Shown here: one piece after another, positions 7,642 to 16,715 of the stretch
How positions within the stretch are numbered: position 1 is the first letter of the stretch
Layout: every line of letters begins with the position of its first letter
Source: an uncultured archaeon
Lineage (GTDB): Archaea > Asgardarchaeota > Lokiarchaeia > Sigyniarchaeales > SOKP01
NCBI GenBank assembly: GCA_964583985.1
Contig: CAZOYD010000059.1
Span: 1-21,921, forward strand
Reading direction: 5' to 3'
Length of the DNA stretch: 21,921 nt
The notes under the pieces: model-generated
Databases searched by the model: none
What the model was told of the DNA's origin: nothing
The model's input: only the letters and a program-made list of their open reading frames with translations
Program-made: the position numbers and the translations under genes

Positions 7642-9006
7642 TTATTTTTTTAGATAATTATAGGCAAAAAGGGTATATACCTTAATCGCATTTAAAAAAT
7701 CTTCAATTTCAAGAAATTCATTGATTGCGTGAGCAGTTCCAGCACTTCCTGGTCCGAATAAGATAGTTTGAGGGCAATAACCATTATTTCTGAGGTAATG
7801 AGCATCTGCTGAAGCGGGTAATAACAAGTAAAATGGCTTTTTCTTATAGATCTTTTCGACTATCTCATGAAATTCTTCTAAAGCGTGAGATTCGTTCCAC
7901 TTATTCCAATAGGATCCTTCTGATGCATCTGCTATTCCTAAATAAATATATACATCTCCAGGATTCCCTGATAGATTATCTCTTACTTCATATCCTAACT
8001 CTTTTTCAATCAATTTCTTGAAACCACCAATTATCGGCTCAATCTTCTGCTCTGGTAATAATCGAATATCAATAAGAGCTTCGCATGTATCAGGAACAAC
8101 ATTTCCCTTTATTCCAGCATTAATCATGGTAAGAGAATAGCTAAATTGCACCAATGATTGAAGCAAGCTACTCAGTTGAGATTGCTCGCTCAAAATGCGT
8201 TCAAAAATTTCAAGACTAGGGAAAGCTGATGCTATCAATTCCTTTAATTCTTTTAAAGAAAGAGGAGGTTTAGATTCGGGAATATAATCTTTTAAATTTT
8301 CTAATTTTTCAATTAACTCACTCATCATGTAAATTGCATTTTTTCCCATTGATGGCATGGAAGCATGACATGAAATCCCTTTAGTAATGACTTTTATGTA
8401 CAGATGCCCTTTTTCACCGAGCAAGATCGCTTTTGGTAGAGGATTTAGCCCAGTTGGCTCTCCAATAATCGCAAAAGTTGGCTTATAAGATTGAAGAACG
8501 TTTTCAAGGCACCATTTCGTTCCAAGGATGCCTCCCGTTTCCTCATCTGCAACCGCATTTAAAATCATATTTCCTGAGAACTCAGTATCAAGTGATTTTA
8601 AAATTTTCAAAGCTATAATCATTGCAACTAATCCCCCCTTCATATCTGCAGTTCCTCTTCCATACATGTATTTTTTTCGTTTTACAAATGCTTCTATTGG
8701 GGGATTTGTCCATTCTTCTTCATTCCCAGGAGGCACTACATCCATATGACCATTGAACAATAAGATCTTGCCATTTTTGTTTTCATTTAAAAAAGCAATT
8801 AAATTTGCACGATTATCATCAAATGGATAGAGTTGATTCTCGATATTTACAGAATTCAAGTATTCTTCAATCAACAATCCGACATTTAATTCATTCCCAG
8901 GAGGATTATAAGATTTAGCTTGAATTATTTTACGTAAGAAATCAATATATTGCTCTCTATTTGTATTTATATCATTTATAATTTGGTCCTCAATTTCCTC
9001 AAGCAT
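7642..9006 (-). CDS. M20 family metallopeptidase (ArgE/DapE-like)
   Basis: NPPGNE, NGHMDVVP, GRGTADMKGG, ADEETGG, IGEPT, GISCHAS, NVVP, FGPG..AHAINE. Confidence 0.93.
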   Translation of the reverse strand: MLEEIEDQIINDINTNREQYIDFLRKIIQAKSYNPPGNELNVGLLIEEYLNSVNIENQLYPFDDNRANLIAFLNENKNGKILLFNGHMDVVPPGNEEEWTNPPIEAFVKRKKYMYGRGTADMKGGLVAMIIALKILKSLDTEFSGNMILNAVADEETGGILGTKWCLENVLQSYKPTFAIIGEPTGLNPLPKAILLGEKGHLYIKVITKGISCHASMPSMGKNAIYMMSELIEKLENLKDYIPESKPPLSLKELKELIASAFPSLEIFERILSEQSQLSSLLQSLVQFSYSLTMINAGIKGNVVPDTCEALIDIRLLPEQKIEPIIGGFKKLIEKELGYEVRDNLSGNPGDVYIYLGIADASEGSYWNKWNESHALEEFHEIVEKIYKKKPFYLLLPASADAHYLRNNGYCPQTILFGPGSAGTAHAINEFLEIEDFLNAIKVYTLFAYNYLKK

Positions 9007-9174
9007 AATAATATCAAAATTAAGATATATTAATTTAAATCAAAAGAATGTACTGATAGTTTATAATATTTTGTCATATTCTATTCTATCTAATAAATTT
9101 AAAATAAATTGCGAAATTTTTTTATTTTTACATTATTTTAATACTAAAAAAATTGAATAATTCGGTTGTTTTAT

Positions 9175-12100
9175 ATGAATCAACGAAAAAAAGAAACAAA
9201 ACAAATTTTTATAGTGAGTATTTTTGTTATTTCAATTTTTCTAACTAATACTCAGATATTTACTGGATTTAATTTTGCTGAAATTAATGATAATGGTCAA
9301 GTTCTTAATGACAATGAAATAAATAACTTATCACCTAGCTCCGATCCATACTTGAGCGATTATTATATCACGGGATCGGGGGATGATCAAGATGTTCGAA
9401 TTTATGCAACAAATACTTCTTCTTTGGAAAAGAACCAGAAATATTTCGATATCCCTTCCATATCAAATTCAATTGACTCATATTTGACAGAAGGTAACTT
9501 CAATTTCACTTTTCAAAATAATTTCACAACCGATTATATTTTTGAAGATGATAGCGCTTTAGATGCATCAAGTTTTATAGAGTTCGATATGAATCGAAAT
9601 CCAGGATATTCTAATATGACAGTAAATCAAGGTACTAACTCTTCAAAATTAGATTTAACTAAATTACATGATGGTTTAGACTCAACTTTTATAAGATTTG
9701 ATGGATTTAATGGTGTCATCAATTTAACATTAACAGCAGATTTTTCAGACACCAGTTTTAATTCTACGAATCCGAATCCTACTATTAATTTAAATTTTGA
9801 CAGAAACTTAATACTAGGTTTGATAATTTCACTTCGACTTATGACAAGCAAAAATGCAAGCATGGTTATTAAAATGAAAGATAGTATTGGTTCGGGATGG
9901 ATAGATGTTACTAATTCGATAGCATTGAATTCAAACTTGGGGATCCATGATATTGAAAAACGCATTATTAATGAAAACCTCAAATACATAGATTTAACAA
10001 ACAAGAATGAAGTTCAATTTTATATTTCAAGAGGAGATACGACAAATTATAATGTCACAATTTATGAACTCGATGAATTTTCAACATATGCGTTTGACCT
10101 TCCAATCACGAGTACTGATCAAGTTGCTCTCGAATTTGACTTGAAGGGAGAGAATTCTACTGTAAATGGATTTTATGCATGGATTCGAACATTAAACATG
10201 ACTGAGGCCTTATCTTCAGAATTAAATATTACCCTATACAAAGCTAATACTACAATCTCCAGAACTCAAAATAATCTTATAAAAGACACCATGGAACCTG
10301 ATTATGCTGAACAAATAGATTCCTACATTTTGGATTATGTCGCATATCATGGTGATAACTTAACTTATTTTAGTTTCAACGTCCCTAACACAGCAGACAT
10401 GATCCTTTATAATTACTTTATTGTAATCAAATCTAACAATCCAAATTTGGTCTATAGCTTGGTAACCTTGCCTAGAGAAACTTTTGGAGATCCCGATACC
10501 ACGATTCAACATCAACTAAAAATGAGCTCTGACAATGGAACCTCTTGGAGTAATGCAAGAAAATATGTTGATGTATCGTACACTTCAGAATATTTGGACT
10601 CAAGTTCATTTAAATTAAATGTCACTAGAGGATATATGCCTTCAGATTTCTATGTTTCCGAAGATGATAATTTAAACATCCAAGATATTCCCATAGAAAA
10701 TCAAGTTATTGATACGGGCGTTTATGCTACAAGTTCTGCATTGACTTGGGGATTAGGCCAGTGGAATAATGAATTTAATTCTTATATAATTAGCAATCCA
10801 CAACACGATTATCAAGTAAACATGGATTGGAATAATAGTATTATTAAGGGATTTCAATTTGATGTATCGTATGATATAAAAGCTTATTGGATAGATCCTG
10901 CAATAACTACCTACAATGTAAGCTATGATACTACACCACGTTGGAAATTTTATTATATGTTTGATATAAACAATATAAATTTTGACCATTGGGATTTTCT
11001 CGAATTTTGGTTCGTGTATCCTAATTATTTTGATGCAACTAACCTTACAAATCCTAGTTCAATTGATATCTATAACAATACCGAGACTCCTATTGAAGGT
11101 TTAATGAATTACGATAAAACAAATGTATCACTTGCAAATGCGGTTAGTGGCCTATACACTTTGGATTTAATATCTCCAAACGCCATTTATGATATGCATA
11201 GCTATATTGATTATTCAGGGATAGCTTGGGAAACTAATGGATTTATGTATGGAGATTCGATTATCGCTCAATTAGATATTAAAGGTGCGAACGGTCAAGC
11301 TCCCAAAAACGGGAATGCAAGTGCTGTATTGTTTTATCCAAATAATAACACCAAATATCCAGTTCCCCAAAGAAATGATACTTCAGGAGTTAAAGAAGGA
11401 AATATCTTATTATATGATTTCGATAATGTTACTATTTTAGATGTTGATCCTTCCGTACCTCTTCTTGGTAAATATTATCTTGGATTCTTTTGGTCAAATG
11501 GTTCTGCTATTGGATGCAAGAAGTTAACCTTATACATAGATACTTATGATGTTTACTTACAAGATTTTTTTTATGAGCCTCTTCTTGAAAGAAACGTTTT
11601 AAGTGGAAGGGTTGTAAACAAGGTTTTCGACAATTATTCCATATTAATTGCTGCAATTAACGAAACCACTGGACAACACATGCCTAACTTTTACGCAGTA
11701 AATCAGTCTGATGTTAACCAAGAATATGCCATAGATGTTAGTGGTGAAGAAATACCTATATTACTTAAATCATTCTTGCAAAATGAAACAATTCTTAATC
11801 CTGCTGAAAAAGTCAAATTCACCATGACTCTTCAAAATCTACATGAATTAATTGATTTAAACGTGAAGGTAAAAGTAAAATTAGTTGCTTTATGTAACGA
11901 AGAATGGATAATTAATGAAACGACTTCACCAGTAGAAACTCTGAAATTAAAAGGAGACCCTTCTGGTGGAGATAGTCAAGAATTTACTGTAGAACTTGAA
12001 ATTCCTGATTTTGAAATGGATGGTACTTGGAATGGTTTAAACGCTCCAATGAGAAAAGGTGGAGCAAAAACGATTGTTGAAATATATATTGATGATAAAA

Positions 12101-13335
12101 TAGCCGGAACTTACGAAAGCAGTGAATATGCTCTTTTGATCAACGATACAGAAAATGTTCTAGAAGGTTACATCATAGCTCTAAAATATGATAAAGAAAT
12201 AACAGGCGCTTCAATATTAAAGCCTTTTGAAAGAAATGAATGTACATACCTTCCAGATTCAACCAAGTTCATTGTGAATATATATGATGAAAATTTCATA
12301 AGTAGCTATGCCCAATTCAATAAATCATTTGAAATACAAATGAATAGCGAATTTAGAAATGTCATGGTAATTCCAGAAGATCCAGTTAGAGGAAACGTAC
12401 TGAACATAACTTCAACGCTGACTACAGAGTTTGGAACCGAATTAATAAATAAAAATGTTACTTACCAATATTATGACCATGGAGAATGGATAAACCTATC
12501 CTCTCAATTAACCGATTTAAATGGATCCACACTTTTTGAAATTGATACATTAACTCTTAATGATGAAGAAACGTTAACTTTCCGCCTTTTCTGGCCTGGA
12601 GATCAATACCTTTTAAATTTACCATATAACATTACCGTTGATCTATTACGAGATGTTACCAATGTTTTAATCTCATTAAATAAGCAAAATGTACAGATAT
12701 ATCAGAATTCTAAAAGCACTTTCATTATAGATTTATATAATCTGGGCTTATACGACGTGAAGATTGCCAATATCACGATTAATGTAAGCCCGCATCTCCC
12801 AAGTCAAATCGTGCAAATAGATAGCATCTTACTCAATAAATTCTCATCTGGATATAAAACAAGCATTATCATTGAAATCGATATATCTTCAATACCCCAA
12901 TTTATGTTATCCATTTCAGCTGACGTTCAAAATCTCTTAACTGATGAAATTATTACTATCCACGCATCAGATACATATAAAACCTTTGAAAAGGATTTGT
13001 TAGATTACATGAATGAATATTTCATGGTGATAGTCTTTGCAATATTTGCTATTTTGGTAGCGTTAACATATTTATTTGTCAAGAAGACGAAGAAATCAAT
13101 TGAAACTCCAATTGAAGAACCAACAAAAAAGAAAACTCGTCGAGGAAAATACCTTAGCGTCTCGGAAATTCCACCACAAGCTACAGACGTGGAACAAGAA
13201 TTAAAATCTAGCAAGGAACAAGCAGAAAAGAAAATCTCTAAAAAGAAAAAGGAAGAAATTGAACCAGAACAAAAAACATCTACTGATCTCGATTCATTAC
13301 TCGAAGAAAAAGGTCTCAAGGACGAAGATAAATAA
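9175..13335 (+). CDS. Very large secreted, single-pass membrane-anchored surface (glyco)protein with cytoplasmic tail
   Basis: Start is more likely ATG 9175 than TTG 9166. Basic N-terminus plus hydrophobic signal (RKKETKQIFIVSIFVISIFL), Asn/Thr/Asp-rich beta-type ectodomain with many N-x-S/T sequons, TM helix FMVIVFAIFAILVALTYLFV, and a K/E-rich tail of about 84 aa. Confidence 0.85.
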   Translation: MNQRKKETKQIFIVSIFVISIFLTNTQIFTGFNFAEINDNGQVLNDNEINNLSPSSDPYLSDYYITGSGDDQDVRIYATNTSSLEKNQKYFDIPSISNSIDSYLTEGNFNFTFQNNFTTDYIFEDDSALDASSFIEFDMNRNPGYSNMTVNQGTNSSKLDLTKLHDGLDSTFIRFDGFNGVINLTLTADFSDTSFNSTNPNPTINLNFDRNLILGLIISLRLMTSKNASMVIKMKDSIGSGWIDVTNSIALNSNLGIHDIEKRIINENLKYIDLTNKNEVQFYISRGDTTNYNVTIYELDEFSTYAFDLPITSTDQVALEFDLKGENSTVNGFYAWIRTLNMTEALSSELNITLYKANTTISRTQNNLIKDTMEPDYAEQIDSYILDYVAYHGDNLTYFSFNVPNTADMILYNYFIVIKSNNPNLVYSLVTLPRETFGDPDTTIQHQLKMSSDNGTSWSNARKYVDVSYTSEYLDSSSFKLNVTRGYMPSDFYVSEDDNLNIQDIPIENQVIDTGVYATSSALTWGLGQWNNEFNSYIISNPQHDYQVNMDWNNSIIKGFQFDVSYDIKAYWIDPAITTYNVSYDTTPRWKFYYMFDINNINFDHWDFLEFWFVYPNYFDATNLTNPSSIDIYNNTETPIEGLMNYDKTNVSLANAVSGLYTLDLISPNAIYDMHSYIDYSGIAWETNGFMYGDSIIAQLDIKGANGQAPKNGNASAVLFYPNNNTKYPVPQRNDTSGVKEGNILLYDFDNVTILDVDPSVPLLGKYYLGFFWSNGSAIGCKKLTLYIDTYDVYLQDFFYEPLLERNVLSGRVVNKVFDNYSILIAAINETTGQHMPNFYAVNQSDVNQEYAIDVSGEEIPILLKSFLQNETILNPAEKVKFTMTLQNLHELIDLNVKVKVKLVALCNEEWIINETTSPVETLKLKGDPSGGDSQEFTVELEIPDFEMDGTWNGLNAPMRKGGAKTIVEIYIDDKIAGTYESSEYALLINDTENVLEGYIIALKYDKEITGASILKPFERNECTYLPDSTKFIVNIYDENFISSYAQFNKSFEIQMNSEFRNVMVIPEDPVRGNVLNITSTLTTEFGTELINKNVTYQYYDHGEWINLSSQLTDLNGSTLFEIDTLTLNDEETLTFRLFWPGDQYLLNLPYNITVDLLRDVTNVLISLNKQNVQIYQNSKSTFIIDLYNLGLYDVKIANITINVSPHLPSQIVQIDSILLNKFSSGYKTSIIIEIDISSIPQFMLSISADVQNLLTDEIITIHASDTYKTFEKDLLDYMNEYFMVIVFAIFAILVALTYLFVKKTKKSIETPIEEPTKKKTRRGKYLSVSEIPPQATDVEQELKSSKEQAEKKISKKKKEEIEPEQKTSTDLDSLLEEKGLKDEDK

Positions 13336-13402
13336 TTTTTTTTATTTACTTTTTATATATTATTCTAAACATTCTAAAAAGAGAGGAAATAAAATTAATA
13401 TG

Positions 13403-13753
13403 TTACATGTTAGAAATTTTAATCAAGTTACGTTTAATAAGACTTAATGATGCTTTACCATCTAATCCTGCTAATGCGATTATAATTAATTCATCTGAAC
13501 TGCTGACTACTACAAAACCATTATCGTAATCTATTGTAGTTGTCTTTATTTTTCCTTTCCCTAGATTATCTCCTAACGCTTTCGAACCCTTCATGATTGC
13601 TATGCAATCCTTCGCAAGGAGCTTATGATCCATGTCAGTAATCGTTTGCCCTATTAATACGTTACCAGAAAGATCGCTTGCGATTAATCCCTCGCATTCA
13701 GGGACTAAATCCATTAATTCAGACATTTTCTGCTCAAGAACTTTTTTATCCAT
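13403..13753 (-). CDS. Roadblock/LC7 domain protein (long form with C-terminal helix, MglB/LAMTOR-like)
   Basis: 116 aa. Helix, then VPECEGLIASDLSGNVLIG, helix, LGKGKIKTTTIDYDNGFVVV, beta strand, helix: the typical Roadblock pattern. Confidence 0.85.
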   Translation of the reverse strand: MDKKVLEQKMSELMDLVPECEGLIASDLSGNVLIGQTITDMDHKLLAKDCIAIMKGSKALGDNLGKGKIKTTTIDYDNGFVVVSSSDELIIIALAGLDGKASLSLIKRNLIKISNM

Positions 13754-13905
13754 TCGTACTTCACAATGTTTTATTGGATTGATTTTTGTAATTCTTCTCT
13801 TAAATTAGTAAAGAATTCACTTTAAATATATCATAGATTGAAGAAATTTAAATTTATCAAATGCATAAAAAGAGGGAAGTAATAATACAATTTTTACATT
13901 CTGAG

Positions 13906-14190
13906 TTATTTTAAGATGATTAGAATCAATTGGTCCTCCCTAGCAATCATTATCTCGCCGCGTGTTGTCTCTAAGCGAATAAAATTAAGATTACCTTCAT
14001 CAAGAGCTTTCACGCATGACTCTGATTTGCCAATCAGAGCAGTAATATAAGCAGATACTTCTTCAGTCTGCTCTATTGGAAGATTCGATTTAATGGGAAG
14101 ACCAGTTGAGTCACAAATAATAACCCCGCGAACTCCTTCCTTCTCCTCAAATCTACGTATGATAGCTTTGACTTCATTAACATTTATCAC
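13906..14190 (-). CDS. Roadblock/LC7 domain protein (short form, dynein light chain Roadblock-like)
   Basis: GTG start with a good SD. EGVRGVIICDSTGLPIKS and LNFIRLETTRGEIMIA resemble the remembered DYNLRB segments KGVQGIIVVNTEGIPIKS and LTFLRIRSKKNEIMVA. Confidence 0.9.
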   Translation of the reverse strand: MINVNEVKAIIRRFEEKEGVRGVIICDSTGLPIKSNLPIEQTEEVSAYITALIGKSESCVKALDEGNLNFIRLETTRGEIMIAREDQLILIILK

Positions 14191-14200
14191 GGACTACTAT

Positions 14201-14206
14201 TCACCT
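14201..14206 (-). promoter_or_regulatory. Shine-Dalgarno AGGTGA upstream of the short Roadblock gene
   Basis: The minus strand reads GAAAGGTGAATAGTAGTCC-GTG, an archaeal SD consensus 10 nt before the GTG start. Confidence 0.65.
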
Positions 14207-14558
14207 TTCTTTTAAAAAACTAATTTTTATTATTATAATATATTATGTACTTAAAAAATTATCATCTTATTTAATAATAGAAAATTTAACGCTCATAAAT
14301 TTATTTACTCTTTTTGATTTATAAATAAGAATTTAAGATTAATAAAAAGATATTAAAAAGTAAAAAGAACAATATAAAAAATCCATTATGATTGAGATTT
14401 ATATCCCAAATTGGTAAATCCCAATAATAATATTTGAATCTCCATTGTATGTATCGTATTTTTAAAGAAAGGAGTTTTATTATTTTGCTTTTGGTAGTGA
14501 TTAATCCTATCCTTGGATTAGAATAATATCCAGTATAATTTATAATTAAATTTCGTGA

Positions 14559-15191
14559 TTATAGGAAATAATTTCTAAACATGTTATTTTTTCGTTCAAA
14601 TCCTATTGTTGTAAGATCCATGTGCCCAGAACAAATGAGAAAATTATCCGTGAGTGATGTATTATTCATTATTTTATTTTTAATGCTAGAGAAAAGTAAA
14701 TTTTGATCCCCGCCTTCAAAGTCTGAACGACCAATACTCTGTCTAAAAATTAAATCTCCTGAAAAAAGGATTCCATCTATTTTTTGCCCTTCATATTCAT
14801 GTACATCATTACTGTAAAAGCAGAGTGAACCGGGAGAATGACCGGGAGTTTCAAGGACGTGTAATTTAATTTCACCGACCTCAATGATATCCCCTTCTTT
14901 TAACCATTTATCGGCTTCTTTATGCGAAAAAATCCCGGATTCCATCTCTTTCTTGTTATACATTAATGGAATCTTGTAATGGCGTTGAATTTTTCCAACT
15001 TTCAAGGTATGATCAAAATGACCATGTGTCAATAATACTGAAATAGGTTTAACGTCTAATTCTTCAATAGTTTGGATAATTCTATCATCTTCTCCTCCTG
15101 GATCAATGATAACAACTTCTTTAGTGATGTCTGAACCAAAAATATAACAATTGGTTGCTAAAGGCCCCACAACTAATTTTCTAAATATCAT
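14559..15191 (-). CDS. MBL-fold metallo-hydrolase (glyoxalase II/GloC-like)
   Basis: VGPLATNCY, IIDPG, THGHFDH, TPGHSPGS, FSGDLIF..SIGRSD, SGH. Confidence 0.93.
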   Translation of the reverse strand: MIFRKLVVGPLATNCYIFGSDITKEVVIIDPGGEDDRIIQTIEELDVKPISVLLTHGHFDHTLKVGKIQRHYKIPLMYNKKEMESGIFSHKEADKWLKEGDIIEVGEIKLHVLETPGHSPGSLCFYSNDVHEYEGQKIDGILFSGDLIFRQSIGRSDFEGGDQNLLFSSIKNKIMNNTSLTDNFLICSGHMDLTTIGFERKNNMFRNYFL

Positions 15192-15285
15192 TTTTCTTGA
15201 TATAGTTTTAAGTTTTAATACGAGTACTTTTTTTTAAGATGTAGCAAATAAAAGAATAAGAGATTGTTAATAATTCTTGATGTTC

Positions 15286-15573
15286 TTATTTTCCGTTAAT
15301 CAACGAGTTAATTTCAATTAACTTGTTATATACATCCAAACCTTTATCAGTGAGCTTAACGTATTTCTTCTTATTATTTAATTCGATTTCGATTAAACCC
15401 TTTTTAATAAGGTCGTCTTTAACACGAAAGAAGGAATTATAGTAACTAAACTTGTTTAGTTCATTATAAAAAGTATGTTTGTCCGTCTTAAAATTTTTGA
15501 ACTGGCTCAACACTTCTAACGTATCTCTAAATCCTTTTCGCTTCATAAAATTAATTAGATCATCTATAGACAT
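15286..15573 (-). CDS. Small winged helix-turn-helix DNA-binding protein
   Basis: 95 aa. C-terminal LIKKGLIEI....KYVKLTDKG..VYNKL is the classic wHTH wing signature. SD-like GAGGA at 15587-15583. Confidence 0.8.
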   Translation of the reverse strand: MSIDDLINFMKRKGFRDTLEVLSQFKNFKTDKHTFYNELNKFSYYNSFFRVKDDLIKKGLIEIELNNKKKYVKLTDKGLDVYNKLIEINSLINGK

Positions 15574-15600
15574 ATATCCCGTTCCTCAAAATAGTAACTA

Positions 15601-15624
15601 AAGTAAGTAAGTTTTTACTTATTT
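15601..15624. promoter_or_regulatory. Inverted repeat, candidate operator upstream of the wHTH gene
   Basis: AAGTAAGTAA-GTTT-TTACTTATTT: 10-bp arms with one mismatch and a perfect 7-bp core TAAGTAA/TTACTTA. Confidence 0.4.
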
Positions 15625-15793
15625 GTATTATTAAAATAATTAAAATTAAAAAAGATTATGAAATTTAATATTATCCGAGTATTAAGAACGATCAACATTA
15701 TTATCGTGTTCATAATATAAAATTTTCGACATTAATCAATTTGTTATTTTTTCAGAAATTCTATCGCATTATGTTATTTGTTCTGTCAAAAAT

Positions 15794-15807
15794 AGAAAAC
15801 TTATAAT
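15794..15807 (+). promoter_or_regulatory. BRE/TATA-like promoter of the amidohydrolase gene (probably leaderless)
   Basis: AGAAAAC-TTATAAT, with the TATA element 25-30 nt upstream of ATG 15831 and no SD. Confidence 0.45.
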
Positions 15808-15830
15808 TTGAAATTAATTCTTGATCTTGA

Positions 15831-16553
15831 ATGAGTCTCAGAAAATATTTTGAAATTGGAACGGGCATCGTACCGATAGTTCTTTCTTGCTCGCATGGAG
15901 GCTATAAGAAACCTAAATCAATTTTAAATAAAACCGTTGGACCTCTAATTGCTGATGAAAGTACTTACATCATCGCAAAATGGCTAATTAATAATTTAAA
16001 AAAAAAGAATCTGACAATTTATTATATTTTAAATAAAATACACAGAAGCAAACTAGATCTCAACAGACCTCCCGCATCAGAAACCGCATTTAACCAAAAA
16101 TCAAATGAAGCACGCATTATTCATAATGCATATCATGATATTTTAATAAAATTCACGCAAGAATGCATATCGATCCATAATAAATGTTTATTAATCGATT
16201 TTCATGGGTTTACAAAGCCAACAGATGATTATCCGGACATCGTCTTTGGTCATATTTTTGGGAAAACGCTCCAAACGAGAGATGATAACAAAGCTCACGA
16301 TTGCAGCCAATTTTGGGGATGTGCACAACTTGAACAAGAACTTTCAAAATATTTTACAATAGATGATGGGATGGCTTTAACTGACTTCAATTTATCATAT
16401 TCAGGAGGCTATATCACTCAAAAATTTTATAATCAAAAAAGTATTAGCGCAATTCAAATCGAGATTGCTAAATATATTCGACAAGACTATCATCTCACTA
16501 AGAATTTTATCAATACCATTACTAAATCGATAGAAGAATTAGTAAAAAAATAA
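15831..16553 (+). CDS. N-formylglutamate amidohydrolase family protein
   Basis: PIVLSCSHGG, HRSKLDLNR, AYH, LIDFHG, PDIVFG, YSGGYIT, AIQIEI. Confidence 0.85.
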   Translation: MSLRKYFEIGTGIVPIVLSCSHGGYKKPKSILNKTVGPLIADESTYIIAKWLINNLKKKNLTIYYILNKIHRSKLDLNRPPASETAFNQKSNEARIIHNAYHDILIKFTQECISIHNKCLLIDFHGFTKPTDDYPDIVFGHIFGKTLQTRDDNKAHDCSQFWGCAQLEQELSKYFTIDDGMALTDFNLSYSGGYITQKFYNQKSISAIQIEIAKYIRQDYHLTKNFINTITKSIEELVKK

Positions 16554-16715
16554 TACACATAAGGAGAATTAAAAGGTTTTCAGTGATTAAAAGAAACAAA
16601 GAATTATCCCGTTCATGTATTTTATACAATCTAAATATTAGCGTATTTTAATCTATCCATTATTTTTTATTTATTCAAATTTAATATACCTTGGAAACAT
16701 GTATTATGTGTATTT

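Noticed and set aside
6549-8749. ORFs 6549-6791, 7833-8021 and 8528-8749
   Set aside because: Nested in the vWA-RING and M20 genes; shadow ORFs.
9627-13447. ORFs 9627-10004, 10753-10989, 13005-13319 and 13259-13447
   Set aside because: Antisense or overlapping shadows of the large membrane protein and Roadblock genes.
15681-15716. Imperfect hairpin ATTAAGAACGAT...ATCGTGTTCATAAT
   Set aside because: It needs bulges and mismatches, which is expected by chance in AT-rich DNA.
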